A DNA stretch of 63,836 bases, the filler included, from Perkinsus chesapeaki ATCC PRA-425 (lineage: Eukaryota > Protista > Perkinsozoa), in the NCBI GenBank assembly GCA_013115145.1. It is 11 parts of 11 records of this genome, joined end to end, with 100 filler letters (N's around TTAATTAATTAA, not from the genome) between each part and the next. Parts side by side here need not be neighbours in the genome. Positions count along the whole stretch, not along the records: positions 18,240 to 39,601 come from JAAPAO010000596.1; 10 more parts are not named here. One strand, given 5' to 3'. The notes beneath the pieces were generated by a model. It did not search any database and was not told where the DNA came from. It saw nothing but the letters and a program-made list of their open reading frames with translations. A program made the translations under genes and the position numbers. Below are positions 22,588-35,116 of this stretch, piece by piece; position 1 is the first letter of the stretch; every line of letters begins with the position of its first letter.

Positions 22588-25500
22588 TCACTTGCTATGG
22601 CCTAAGGCAGCTGCCTTAGTCACTTCCAAAAGGAGGCTTGGCACTGATGATAGCTGGTCGAATGATGCCAGAGCCGTAACCTGAATACACATGAACAATC
22701 TACTGGCCAATAACAGGAGCGTCGGTGACAGTCTGGCTCGCGCAAGAGACCGGAGAAGTGGGCACCAACGAGTAGGGCAGTCGACGCACTGACCTGGTCG
22801 AAGTTCTTCAAGACGAACGACATGCAGTGACGCTTCAAGTCCGTCGCTTGGTATTGATCGCTCATCTTCAGAAGTGTGCAGACATTATCAACATCCACCA
22901 TATGAATCAGTACTGCTTGGCACAGATGCTTGAGGCCGTCTAACGCATAGTGGTCCGCCTGGAGAGGGTAAACAATTCCCACAATAGTGAGAGCAACTCT
23001 AGGCCTTGGTGAATTAGGTCCTTATGGGATTCATACGCTACATAATAATTACTACACATAGAAGCTCTAACACGGAGCTCTATACATAGAACCTCTAACA
23101 CGGAGGTCTATACATAGAACCTCTAACACGGAGGTCTATACATAGAACCTCTAACACGGAGCTCTATACATAGAAGCTCTAACACGGAGCTCTATACATA
23201 GAAGCTCTAACACGGAGCTCTATACATAGAAGCTCTAACACGGAGGTCTATACATGGAACCTCTAACACGGAGGTCTATACATAGAAGCTCTAACACGGA
23301 GGTCTATACATAGAACCTCTAACACGGAGGTCTATACATAGAACCTCTAACACGGAGGTCTAGAGATAGAAGCTCACTACAGGTATCTCACCAGTCCGAG
23401 GACTTCTGCCATGCTATCCGTATCCAGCTTGTGATGAGCTACACGGCCAGTGTACAAGAACTCAAGCATAACTGAGAACGCTTCGTAAGACCATCCAGTC
23501 AACTTTACCTAGCAACCGAAATCCCGACCAAACGCCGCAAAGCCTATAAGCCTACCTCCCTCTCCCGGGACTCCTTCATGCCCCCTGTGAACATAGCTCT
23601 GAAGTGGCTGCATTGAGAGGCCTAAGCGCACCGATATCTGACAGCGATGACCGCGCCAGGCCGGTCTACCAGTATCGCCTTGTGAGCATAAATACGCTCG
23701 CCGCTGTCCCCAACCACAAGCGTAACATCGCTGAATTCAGGGTTGTTGAGGAGACCGCGCAAATTGGACAGAAGCGCCGATACCTGATTAAAGAATGACA
23801 GCACACGAAGATCAGAACGACTCACCGCTCCTTCCGAAAGCTCCGTCTCCTCCAGTCTGGTGACGTCTAAAACGTGAAGGTCATTGAGCCAGCGGACACC
23901 ATCGAAGCCGCCGAAGACAAACAACTTCGCCGAACCAACAAGGCATGCTGAGTGCCTGAATGCAGGTAGATGAGCACCCCATTGGTGACCGATAAGGTGA
24001 CCTCTGGCGGCCTGCCGGAACATGGTCACTTTCAGTTGGATGGATCCACCTATTGGCTAAGTAAGGCAAGCTGGACGGGAGTTTCCCCACCTGTGTACGG
24101 TAGAGCCGCTAACATCTCCAGTGCTAGGCGACGAGCCGGGGTGGCCCGTGTCCAGTATATAGAGGTCGTTAGAGCGTCCCTGAAACATAGGCTAAATAGG
24201 CAAAAGGGGTTGTAGCAACGATAAAACTGTGGCAAAACGTGGACTCGCGTGAATTCGGACTTGTTGGTATAGCTGGTAAAATACATTTTTTGTATTCAAC
24301 AACTCTATGTTTTGCATACTTCACTTCTTGCAGTACGCGCTCCCCAAAGGACATGTACCGTTGCTGAATGATTCATCAAATTCCGACAACCGCTCTTCAA
24401 GCCCCTCGTAGTAGTTGCGACAATACACGTCGTACCACCGTAGATCGATGTTTACCTTCCCGTCATAGCCACCGAACAGGAACACTTTCCGCCCTATTAA
24501 ATTAGCCGTATGACCTCTGAGCCCCGGCGGTGGAGTCCCCAGGATATTAGGCTGGTACCTGCACCAATCTGTTACGCACACATACGCGGCGAGATTACCA
24601 GAGCAACTTGGAGGTATCAAATACGTGCAAATCTGTAAGGTGCTTATTCCCGCTGTGCCCACCGAACAGGTACAATTTGGTGCCTGACACTCAGCATTAG
24701 ACAGCTACGGGGTGCAGGACATAGTCCCACCTACGACCGTCATTGTGTGCGCGTTCCTCGCCATCGGGGGCTGACCGCAGATGTTGGGCTGGATCCACGT
24801 CATGGTTTCCAAATCAAGCACATCTGAGTCACCATTAGACTACCTCTAGTCAAGGTTCCAGGCGTGTTAACTAGAGTACCATTATAAACTATGAGCAACA
24901 ACAACTGGGTTGATTCTCATACCCGTGTAGTAAATGCTAGTTCGCAAAGATGTCCTAAAACCCGTCCACACAGGAGAGCTCTCAGACGCGCTGAGCGATG
25001 TGAAAAGTTGTGCTCACTTACCTATATCATTGAAGCACTTCTGCCCATCATATCCGCCAAACATGAACAGCTTCTTGTTCAACCGAGAGAGGCTGTGACA
25101 TGCTCGAGCCGACGGTGCCTGCCGAAGGAGATGCAAGTCACGGTCCGTATACGCGCCCACCTGTCCGCTGGTGAGGACTTTGATCCAACGCAGATTCCTA
25201 TAGGCTGGAGCTGTGGTGTTGGCCAGGAGCAGCTCATCATCTTCTTCCTCCTCTTCACCGACTCCTTGGACTGTCGGCCTAAAAAGCGCCCTGCATTCGG
25301 CCAATGGGGGAGAGAGCTTACTCCTGAGCGGGGCCTCCGACACCAACGCTCATCTGAAAGAACAGCATTCAAGCAAGGAGGTGCATTGAGGAAGGGTTCA
25401 GGAACGGTGTTCATAAATATACAGGGAGAGTAAAGTAATGAGAGCTGCGCTATTACTGATGCCTGCATATTTCACAAAAGACGGCGCGATTCTCACCGTT

Positions 25501-26520
25501 GAGCCAGGATCGCCTGTTCCCTGTTGGAGCGTGGCAGGGTGACCGAAAGGACCCGGCGATGCGTAGCTGTGAACACCACCACTGGATGGGGCAGGAAACG
25601 ATGCCCTTCCGATACTGCCCCTTATACCTGACACACCAGTCAACACAGCGGACGAAGTGATGCTACCAGCTGTCGAGGTCACTCCTCCAAGCGTGGCCGA
25701 TGTATGGAGGCCTGCCTGCTGCTGAGCAAACAGGACCGCAGGAGATCCGTTCGGGTAACTGATCCCGTCGATTAATCATATCGCTTCTCAGAAGGATGAA
25801 TACCTTCCCGCCCTCTGGAACTGTGGAGACGACGGCGGCTGGGGATCGGTGCGTTGAGACTCTCGGCGCTGGCGAAGCTGCAGCTGTTGCCCAGCCAGAC
25901 GGTGCTCGGGGTAATCCAAATTAATCTAAGAGACCCATCAGCTCTCCATTCGGCCTCACTGGCACCTCACCAGGACGTGCGTGTCGGCCAACCACTTGCC
26001 GCCATCATGGCCACCATGAATGAAGAGCCGCCCATCGACCACAGCGGTAGTGTGCTGAAGGATCCATGAAGATATTTGGCTCAGCAGCCTCACGTTGTTC
26101 CTAGCGGCCGGTATGAGGCTTCCCCTCGGCATGATGACTTCATTCCAGTGGAGCGTGGCCACGTCCAGGATAAACAAATCATTAAGCGCCTGCTCAAAAG
26201 CTCCAACATCCTCGCTTCAAGCTTGGATACCTTTTTCCCATTCCACCCGCCGAATATATACAAACTCCCATCGATAACGTCACATGAGTGCGCTGCTCGA
26301 GGACCTGCCACATAGACTCCCAAGCGGAGGGAAACAAGCGCCCACCTGGGTCATCGGTGGTCGAGGGCACCGACCAAAGCCGCCGCTTGTCGGACTGCCA
26401 GGCATCACATTCTTGCCTTGGAGTCAGGCCGCTGCAGCTATCGCCGACGCTCCCTGAGCCCGGCGTCAAAAACAATGCGAGTTAACGAGCGTACCAGATG
26501 CTGCTACTCCGCTGGCAGCA
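22588..26520 (-). CDS. Kelch-repeat plus BTB/POZ (plus BACK-like) protein, LZTR1-like architecture; many introns, 5' end uncertain
   Basis: Kelch repeats (PRAAHSC..IFGGWNGK, FIHGGHDG, RACHSL..MFGGYDG, LRGHTA..LFGGYDG, FRHSAC..VFGGFDG); BTB FSDVTLVV..IYAHKAIL..MLEFLYTG; C-terminal ADHYALDGLKHLC..NVCTLL..LKRHCMSFVLKNF; stop at 22588-22590. Confidence 0.9.
23057..23375. repeat. 28-bp minisatellite (about 11.4 units) inside Kelch-BTB intron 22959-23391
   Basis: Unit CATAGAA(G/C)CTCTAACACGGAG(C/G)TCTATA. Confidence 0.97.
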
Positions 26521-26559
26521 GAGGGATCTCGGAACGCTCCGCCAGAGTCGCCGTTACCG

Positions 26560-27156
26560 TCTGGATTGGTGCCCCACTGACCCCGCATGGGACTTAAAAA
26601 AATCACAGCTCTTTCCAGAGACTACACGTGCCACCTTAATGACCAGTGAGGAGCTGCCAGCGACGGATTTGGCGAGGCCCGGCCGTCTCTGAACTCGAGC
26701 GCTCCAGAGCACCGATACGTAAGTATCCACTTGATTTAACGCAAGCCACATAGAACTGTTAGTTAGGACACCATGGACATCTCTTAACAGTAGCCGTAGG
26801 GCACTAATTTCACATTCAGAATTGGCAGCCTCAAGCGAGCGTCGGCGACGAAGCAACCTGGAAAGCGAACATACCCGCGGATGGCACGGCGTGCTGTGTC
26901 ACTTTTCCGCTGCCGAGAGATACGTTAGTCTTCGCTCGGCGCACCGACTGCCTCGCTCTCGCTCGGAAAGCGCCAATGGCTGCAATCTTTGACGCTCCGG
27001 TATGCATCTTGTTGAGAATGGCGTCCAGGGCGCTGCCCACGTCTGTAGCAGCTGCGGGAGGCAAACAGTGATGACACGCTTTGCTTCATCCGAAATAGAG
27101 ACAATTGAGCTTCGATAACTCCACGAATACCTCAGCGACTCTGGCGCCACTCATAA
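26560..27156 (-). CDS. Small spliced hypothetical gene, or the 5' exons of the Kelch-BTB gene
   Basis: ATGAGTGGCGCC..GAG|GT followed by GC-rich coding-like segments with GT-AG boundaries; frame not resolved. Confidence 0.3.
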
Positions 27157-27328
27157 CTTTGGGCGAAACCAAGGAGCTGGAGATGCTCCCCGAAAATCTG
27201 TCCTCTAAGATCCCGCTTCGTTCCGCTTTTTAATAGAACTCCACCCAGAATACTGAGCATTCCGTATTGAGCAGAAAAGCGACTTTTGACACAGACTGGG
27301 AAAGTTAGTTTTTCCAGATTCTGTTCAA

Positions 27329-27545
27329 CTCGTACTTAGTCTAATGAACCCTATAACTCGTACTTAGTGTAATGAACCCTATAGCTCGTACTTAGTGTAA
27401 TGAACCCTATAGCTCGTACTTAGTGTAATGAACCCTACAACTCGTACTTAGTGTAATGAACCCTATAGCTCGTACTTAGTGTAATGAACCCTACAACTCG
27501 TACTTAGTGTAATGAACCCTATAGCTCGTACTTAGTCTAATAAAC
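27329..27545. repeat. Second 28-bp minisatellite (about 7.7 units), intergenic
   Basis: Unit CTCGTACTTAGTGTAATGAACCCTA(TAG/CAA). Confidence 0.97.
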
Positions 27546-27677
27546 CTGTCCACCTACATTTCACGCCTTGCTTTCTAGATCTCAAAGTGCTCGTTCGTCT
27601 CGTCCTCTCAATCTGCCTCAGAATGCACCCCAACCTGCACACCAGCGCGCTGCACTCCGACAAGCGAAGGACAATGT

Positions 27678-28082
27678 TTACTTCATCCACATGGTAAGGT
27701 CAATCAGTCCTCGCCGATCGCTATCCAGCCAGCGGAACAGGTGCCGGTACCACTCAGGTTCGTAGCCGCAGCGAACGCCCATGAAGATGCTCATACCTGT
27801 CCGCGGTCAACGTAGGGACAACGTAGAGCTCTCGTGGTACTTCGGCAGAATTCCGCGATGGTGAGTTCTCCTCGACCGTCCTTATCGAGCGCTAGAAAGA
27901 CTTTCACCAAACTAGCATCGGATTCTCCAGTCTCCACGTCGAGCAGCAGCTCCACAGCAGCACGTCTCTCGGGAGCTGTCACCAGCACGTTCGTTCGCTC
28001 AACTGGAGTAGGCAGTCCTACTTAAGCTACTGTCGCCGGCTTCCGCAGGGGTAGGATACGGAAGATTTTCGCCTCTGTCCAT
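27678..28082 (-). CDS. Small EF-hand calcium-binding protein
   Basis: EF loop DKDGRGELTIAEF and, after an intron, a second loop LDSDRRGLIDLTMW; gene ends are approximate. Confidence 0.65.
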
Positions 28083-28552
28083 CACATCTCTGATAAAGCC
28101 TACTAAACGGTCATCATCTACAGATGCCACCACTGACGCCTGAAACGCGAGCGATCGAGCAACGTGAAGTATCTTCAACGATATTGTCGTTCCTAGACCC
28201 GCTCCTCCCGCGAGATGCTTTGTGCGGTACTATTATCACAGTAACATTATCGACCCATAATACTATTATGAATAGAGGCTTTCTCACAAGCGTTAACGAG
28301 GAGATGACAGTCAATCACCGTCGGGCGCACCTCGGATTCAGTCTGGTCTATTGACGTCTAGGATGATGGTTGTGGCGATGATTCAACGAAGGATGCTTCA
28401 AGATTCAGAGACCTCTAAGTTCATGCTTACGTAAACGTTCGGCGAGTTAATCCCCCAAATGCTCTCGCTAAGGGATCTTTAGATGACCAACTAATAACCA
28501 ACTAGTAACCAAGTAATAACCAACTAGTATTCAGATAGCTGGGTGAACATGC

Positions 28553-31160
28553 TCACGAACGACTAGCGATGCCAATCCCCCAAAAAGTGCAATGTCCTCC
28601 ACATAGCGATATGCTTGCGAGGGAGCACCGGTTTGAACTATGTCCGTGCGAAATGCGATCGAGCAAGCCTCCAGTGCGCTCACATCGCTTTGTGCAACCA
28701 CAGTATCGGTTCGCTCTTGGTGGGCATGCCATAACCCTCGCAGGTTGGAAACCAGACCATTGGAACCTATAGAGTGGGTAGATGATAGGGAAGCAAACTC
28801 CGTAGCCTGCCGCCCTACTTTCTGGACTCTCCTTCAAACGGCCGGCCAAATCCAGGCCAGTAGGACCTAGCAACGATGCCGCGTTGACAGACAAGAATGT
28901 GACCGACATACTCGAGACAACTTTTGTTTGCAGTTCGGCTTCCGGGCGAAGCAATTGCATCATCTCCTTCAAAGCTCTTGCATGGTCATACGGCAGCGAT
29001 TCACCTGATGGTATAATCCATGACAGGTGCTACGAACCCTCACCTTGGCATCGAGGAGAGCCGCTCCGGCGAGGGCTGCTGTTTCTCTTTTGCTCGAGCT
29101 GTTGATGCTGGATAACAAGCGGCCGCTGGTCTCTGGTGCGGATCAACCTGACCACCTGCTGTACTGTTTATGCGGAAGGCGGCGGTGTGAGGCGATTCGC
29201 CTGTGTCCCGCCTCACTAAGCAACCAGGCCTTTTGTATTCAATCCTGTACGGGGCTTCGAGGGAATTGGCTCGGAGACTTCCCAATTCAGCTACACGAGT
29301 AGAGTATCAGATATGCCAGTTGCTTTAGAGTGATAAGCTAAGGCTGGCTCATGGAGGGCCTTACCAAGGCCATTGAACAATTGCGCGAATCCCCTATAGG
29401 TGAATTGGAAAGCCTTACTTCTCGTAGACCGGCAGGAGGTCCGACTCAGAGTTCTGTGGAGTCACGTAGCTATTAGACGATCGTCGCATGCCCCGCGGCT
29501 TTCTCAGTAGAAGCCCTCCCTTATACGGAGACTCGCATCCAGTCCGACCCAGCAAGTCGGGTACCTGCGGTAAGTGAAGGGATCATCGACTGGGCCTCGG
29601 TGGTACCTTAAGCTTGTCGAACTCAACTCTCTTGGGCAACCCACAGTCCTTCACCGTTACCGGCTTGCCTACATCTAATTTACCTGCACCAAATCGGGCG
29701 TCATCAACCGACACTGTGATAGTGTCCTGCGAAAATACGATGCACAAAGCAAACTATACGCAAAGACGGGCGCAACATCAAGATCCTCTACTGCAAAGTT
29801 CGTTTGGGAAAATGATGTTTTCCCGTATACAAAAGGAATTGTAAGGCCTGTTCAGAACGGCCATATGGCAATAGAGCACTGGAAAGGTCAACCTGGGTTA
29901 GATTAGAATGATCCCTCTTAAATGACTCACCATCATAGCACCATTCACGGAAGACCTTATTATGTTGCTCCCGGAGAAGTGTGAGCTCAAGGGTATCCAA
30001 CTCGGTGTCGATGTGCTCCCGCATGTGCCGGTAGTTCTCGCGGAATCGGCTCTTTGCTCGGGACTGAACTTCAAGTGTCAAAGCAACCCAGCAGTGCCCT
30101 CACAATGTCGTCATCACTCGGGCCTACTCCCCGCAACAGCCTCGCGCCGGTCTTGGCCATTCCTCGGGCTGTTTGATTTCTAGGCGATGGAGAAAGTGAC
30201 AGTTTGACGGGATAGACAAGAAAGGGACATCAACTGGAAATCCCACACAATTGAATAACTCAAACCTGCTATAACCGCTTCACAACAGCAATTAGTAAAT
30301 GTCATCATGGCCAGCGATAAACTTGATCGAGAGAACCAACTTCCCTCACTTCGTCGAATACTTCCTTCTCCAGCGCTTCAACCTACACAACACACTAGTG
30401 GCTAACGACACTGCATCGTAGCTGACCTCTTCTGTGAGCTCCCCTATGGAGAATGCTTCCTCGGCCTCCTCCTCGAGCCTGAGCAAGACATACTCACCAC
30501 CCAGACATCCATATCCACCTCCGATTCAAAGCCGCGCGATACGCTTGGCAGGCTTCCTCAAGCTCCCGTCGATGCTGGAGGAAACTCAAATGATGTGCCT
30601 CGCGGATCTGACAAAGCCATCAATGAGCCATACTCATTATACTTCACCTCAGCTTGTCGCCTGCGGTCTCTCAGAACTCCTTCTAGAACCTCCCCCTTGC
30701 GACTGGTTGCCTGCCCTCTCCTCGGTCGCCCACTGCTCGTTTCCTTCGACACCGGTTGCTTCTCATTTCGGACTTTTCCCCTCACAGTCGACTTCACCGC
30801 CACGGCCTCACGCTGCTCGCCCGCGTTTACTGGCTTGGGTGCAGAGCTCTCTGTTACGCTAGCCATCTGAGTGCCATGATATTTCTGTGGCGCTAGACCC
30901 AGAGTCTGCGACCGAGGCCGAACCGTCTGAAACCTCCTATCACAGTTCAGCGCTCCTCCCGTAGCCGCCTCAGTGCTCCTTAAGTTCTTTGTGACACTGA
31001 CAGGCACACGAGCCGTCACACGAGCGCCTTGAACCTCCATGGGCCGAGATGGCATGAGCCACCTACGGTTGGGCCTGCCGGCATTGGCGCACCACCCGCG
31101 GCTTGATAGACCGGCCCTGGCGTCATTAAACGTTTCATCGCCCAGGAGTCGCCGTATCAT
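28553..31160 (-). CDS. Large multi-exon hypothetical protein with coiled-coil segments
   Basis: Series of coding-like exons bounded by GT-AG (QHRRELEEACQAYRAAL, ENYRHMREHIDTELDTLEL, ALKEMMQLLRPEAEL); boundaries approximate. Confidence 0.5.
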
Positions 31161-31270
31161 CGCTCAATCATCCACACAAGCTATACCATATTTCCTTCAG
31201 CAATTGAATAACGCATGATAAAGCTACGTTGAATAGAAACATAAGGTACGTAAGGGAGACCAGTGAGGAA

Positions 31271-34200
31271 CTAACTAGCTGCTGGAGGATCTCTGTCGTC
31301 GGTTGTCGCCAAGGACCACACAACTCGATTCTTCCCGTGGAACTTCAGCCATCCCGCTTGAGCCTGCGGAGCATCCCGCTGCAAGAGCCACTGGACCAGC
31401 TCCTCATGTGTCCGAACTGGCACGCCATCGCTGCCGTCCTTAGTGATGAAACCTAGGAAGGCAGCTAACGGAAAAACCATTTTGACGTACTTACGGTCGG
31501 TGAACTCATCTGAGAACACGCAGCACGGTACGATAGCATATGGCTTCCCATACTCCATCGCAGCAGCTTGGAGATATCCTGTAGCTTGATCTGGATGCAT
31601 TCCCACAACCACACTGAGACAGAGAATCGATACCAAAGTCCGATATCCAACCTACCTGCAGTCACGAAAAAGACCATGTTTGATGCAAGGATCCATGTCA
31701 TCATCAAGGAGCATCTTCAAATGCTTTGTGTGCTCCAGCCGCCACTCCACACATTTGGCCTTTGACATCTTCCCACCTTTCAATCTATTGACAAGCTGCC
31801 GTAGCCGTCTAGTTGGAGACAGGTTCTGTCGAGGATCGATAACGGTGACCGAAATGCCTGGCATGCAGAGTGTTGCGTTTCCATTCCGCGCAGTGGTTTC
31901 CATCGGAAATTCCCGCAAATTTCGGGGGAAAAATATAAATATGTAAATTTTAGGAAATTACTCTCGTTCCTTCCTCCCGGGTGGTGTGGTATCGAAACCC
32001 GAAATTGAAACCCGAAATTGAAACCCGAAATTGAAACCCGAAGCCCGCAAACCGGGTGGGCAATCGATTCTCGAGGTCATAGCGATCAACGCGGTGGTGT
32101 CGCTGCCATTAGCAGAGGGTTCTGGGTACCGATATACACCCAGTGTGTACATCGACACTAGCGACTTGGCAGCTATCCACCGGAGAGACGTTTCACCAGG
32201 GAGGGCGGGATGGGAAGCCAAACTAAAACAACTTCAACAACTCTATAGTCGAGGAAACCTATTTCGTTCGCCCATTAAGATCCAAACGCCACATACTCCT
32301 AAATGCGCGTGGCGCGTGGCAATTCAATCGGGAGACGTCCTCAAGTAAAAGGGCTTAACTTCATTAACCTGCATTCTCTTCATCAGGGGTGCCGTAATCA
32401 GTGGTTGAACGGTTCTACTAATACTCATCAAAGTCATCATCATAATTGGCCTTTTGGAGCCGTCTTATAGATGATCGACGGCTCACTCGACTAGTGATTG
32501 CTCGGATAGTCCCAGGAGGAGAACATGAGAATAACTCAGATTATCTGAGTCATTCCCGAGTTATATCTGAGTCAGATATAACTCGGGAATGAGGCCGCAT
32601 CTATGATAGTGCCTTGATAAATTTATCCTCGCCCTTCTCATCGAAGGCACGGAGAGGCACTACCATCTCTGGACTAACTGCGATCGCTGCCATGCCTTCC
32701 CTGACTCTGCGAGCTATGACATTACTTGGTTGAATCGGGCAAGATGAGTTGAGTGCTACTGGATCCATTATAAGCAGCAAGAACTCTCGGTCCGGAGCTA
32801 TATTGTCGTCAGAAATGATTCGCTCTAATGCAATGAGAGCCATAGGATAGCAGATATCCTGACATATCCTGACATAGTGACAGATTCTGTCACTTATCAA
32901 TTTGAGCCAATAGAGTCTTCTAGACAAGGGGTCTGGATGTCCTCTATAGAGCGAATCTAGACACGCGGACGCAGTCCATCGTGGTCATGGTGCACGTGTA
33001 TACAAATCTTCCACACGAGTCATTGCTCACTATTTACTGTTTGGCGATGAAGCAAAAGGGATCAATTCTTGATGTTGTTGTCTGCTGTCGAGAATTCACG
33101 AAAAGAGTCTTCTCGTCTCAGACAAAAGTGTGCATTTTCAAAGGACACACTTTTTACCGCCGATGCATAATCGGCATCATGATGAGAGGGTGAGGATGAG
33201 GGCCTCACCGTGCTGCTCTTCGAGCCGGTTGTGTCCCCTGGTGCGGCCAATGGCCATTTGACGACTACGATGATGAATGCAGATCGACACAGAGTTCGAG
33301 CCGGGGACTTTGTAGAATACGGACCATATTGTGTAACGCAATTTGAGTATGTATCGCACAGTGCGATTATCGCACTGCGGTTCGCACTCACATAAGATTT
33401 TCGGTTTCTACTTACCCATGGCTGCCAACTCCACAGCGAGCTCGCCCTTTCCACCAGCGACATCAACTACGCCGCTGCCGGACTTTAGGCCTTCTAAAGT
33501 GAAGGTCTCCACAAGCCATTCTGAAGCACAGTATTGTCTGACTCCAAATACTTCGTTACGTAGTACCGGCGAACACCCTAGCCCGATTGGCGTGTTTCTC
33601 TTTCTCGTCCATCTCATAAAGATCGTCAGCATGGTGAGATGCCGCTGACTGTACAAGCGAACCCTTGGTGGAAAACTGTCATGACAGACCCCTTACCTTA
33701 GATTCTCGCATCTTCTCCATATAATCTTTCCTTGCGCGCCCCGAAATCTGTATGTGAACATCATCACAGACCTTCCTGTGGCACCGTCCATTATTGTTGA
33801 CAAAGAACTTGCAGACCCTCTCGAGCGGACAAGGCAAATCATTAAGGTCGTACACACGCTCCTGCTGCTCTGGAGGAACATACTCCCCGTTGGGCGCAGT
33901 GGCAGAGTTAGTAAGGAAGCCTTTACCTGAGGAATAGTATACACAAATAAATGCGACTGGAAGACCCACGGCCGACAAAAGGAACAGGTCTCGCCCAAGC
34001 CTCCATGACAGTAAGAGCGGCCTCATCGTTCATAAGTCTGACAGCCACAGTCCCTGGACGGCGAGTCTCTTGCACGAAGCCGATAACTTTGACCAAGTCT
34101 CCAAGATGCACTGGTTTCAACACGGCTCGTGCGCCCTAGTTGGAATACCAAGAATGCGGGTTCTAGAAGTGTTCGTACGCTTACCCCATCAACTATGATC

Positions 34201-34438
34201 TCCAGTGGCTCTCCAAACTTCGGGTCGTAGCTCTCGGCGCCTCTAGAGGCTTGGATGTCCATAAAACCACACCCTCGGCCTCGGAAACGTTTCGACACAG
34301 CTTGGCCCTACATCATGCACACCTTCGCTCTCGAAATGCTTAACACCTTCCCACCTCGACACAAACCCTGTCCCCGATTTCTATTCCCTTTTGATCATTC
34401 CAGTCATTCAGGATACCCTCCACGTCCTGTTCTCCCAT
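31271..34438 (-). CDS. OB-fold plus CCCH-like zinc finger plus class I SAM-methyltransferase-like protein; intron of about 1.55 kb (about 31860-33412)
   Basis: GQAVSKRFRGRGCGFMDI and LGDLVKVIG (OB-fold-like); CKFFVNNNGRCHRKVCDDVH; VVDVAGGKGELAVEL|SVTVIDPR (motif I and beta-2); GMHPDQAT..KPYAIVPCCVF; GKNRVVW. Confidence 0.75.
31994..32042. repeat. 13-bp tandem repeat (GAAACCCGAAATT) x3.8 in the methyltransferase intron
   Basis: Read directly from the sequence. Confidence 0.9.
32534..32592. repeat. Two abutting 1-nt-spacer palindromes (8-bp and 21-bp arms)
   Basis: ACTCAGAT-T-ATCTGAGT, then TCATTCCCGAGTTATATCTGA-G-TCAGATATAACTCGGGAATGA. Confidence 0.97.
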
Positions 34439-35116
34439 AGAAACAGATCGAACTAACAGCTGCAAGTGACAAGATAACTCAACAGGCCATAAAAGTGGAA
34501 TGCTATGTTTTCATGGCTACGTGATGCTACGGACTGCCGTCAGACAAGTGTATTCAGCCAGCGAGTAGAGCCAACTTTCGAAGACCCGCCCCATCGACGA
34601 TACAAAATACTCTGTAAGCAAGCAAGGGGTCGTTACTGTGCACCTGAAAGCCACGCAAGTTTAACGATAGCATTGGCGGTGCAGGTTACACACGGAATAA
34701 TGGACGCGTCCCTTCCGCACAGGACTATATCGGGGAACTCCGAATGCTAAGTTAGCGCCGCATGGCACGCAAGCAAATGAGCTATATGTCCAGCAACTGT
34801 CTGCCTTTTATCAATTAATAATATGATATTATAGCCATACACGATATATGTGTGTGCTGTGTTTTTATATATAATAGCCATTTATTAACATTTAATGTTA
34901 GCCTTGATCCATATTTTCATCTCATAAGATTTACATACCCCCAATGCCGGTTCAACGATGCATTCTCTACCACTAGTCGTCACCTACTACTATTATACAG
35001 CTCCGAGGGCCTAGTACCCAAGGAACAAAAGATTCGTTCCAAAGGAGTAACCTTCGGACGCACTAGGCAACCAGGGGACCTAGTGGTAAATTGCCAGTGG
35101 TGATCGCATTCGAGGA

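Noticed and set aside
22602-22619. 18-bp zero-spacer palindrome CTAAGGCAGCTGCCTTAG
   Set aside because: Single case within coding sequence and a different geometry from the 1-nt-spacer class; compatible with chance.
23057-23375. Minisatellites (also 27329-27545, 46586-46879, 48684-49331) as CRISPR arrays
   Set aside because: Head-to-tail units without unique spacers, no cas genes, eukaryotic context.
31994-32042. Interstitial telomere repeat (AAACCCG resembles AAACCCT)
   Set aside because: The unit is 13 bp with an AAATT spacer, not a tandem heptamer.
32895-32915. Spliced-leader relic (TTGAGCCAA)
   Set aside because: Only about 9 nt match the reverse complement of the dinoflagellate/Perkinsus SL; expected by chance.
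21043-34438. SLC35F plus putative RNA methyltransferase as a tRNA-modification gene cluster
   Set aside because: Separated by unrelated genes; no evidence for functional clustering, and both functions are inferred.
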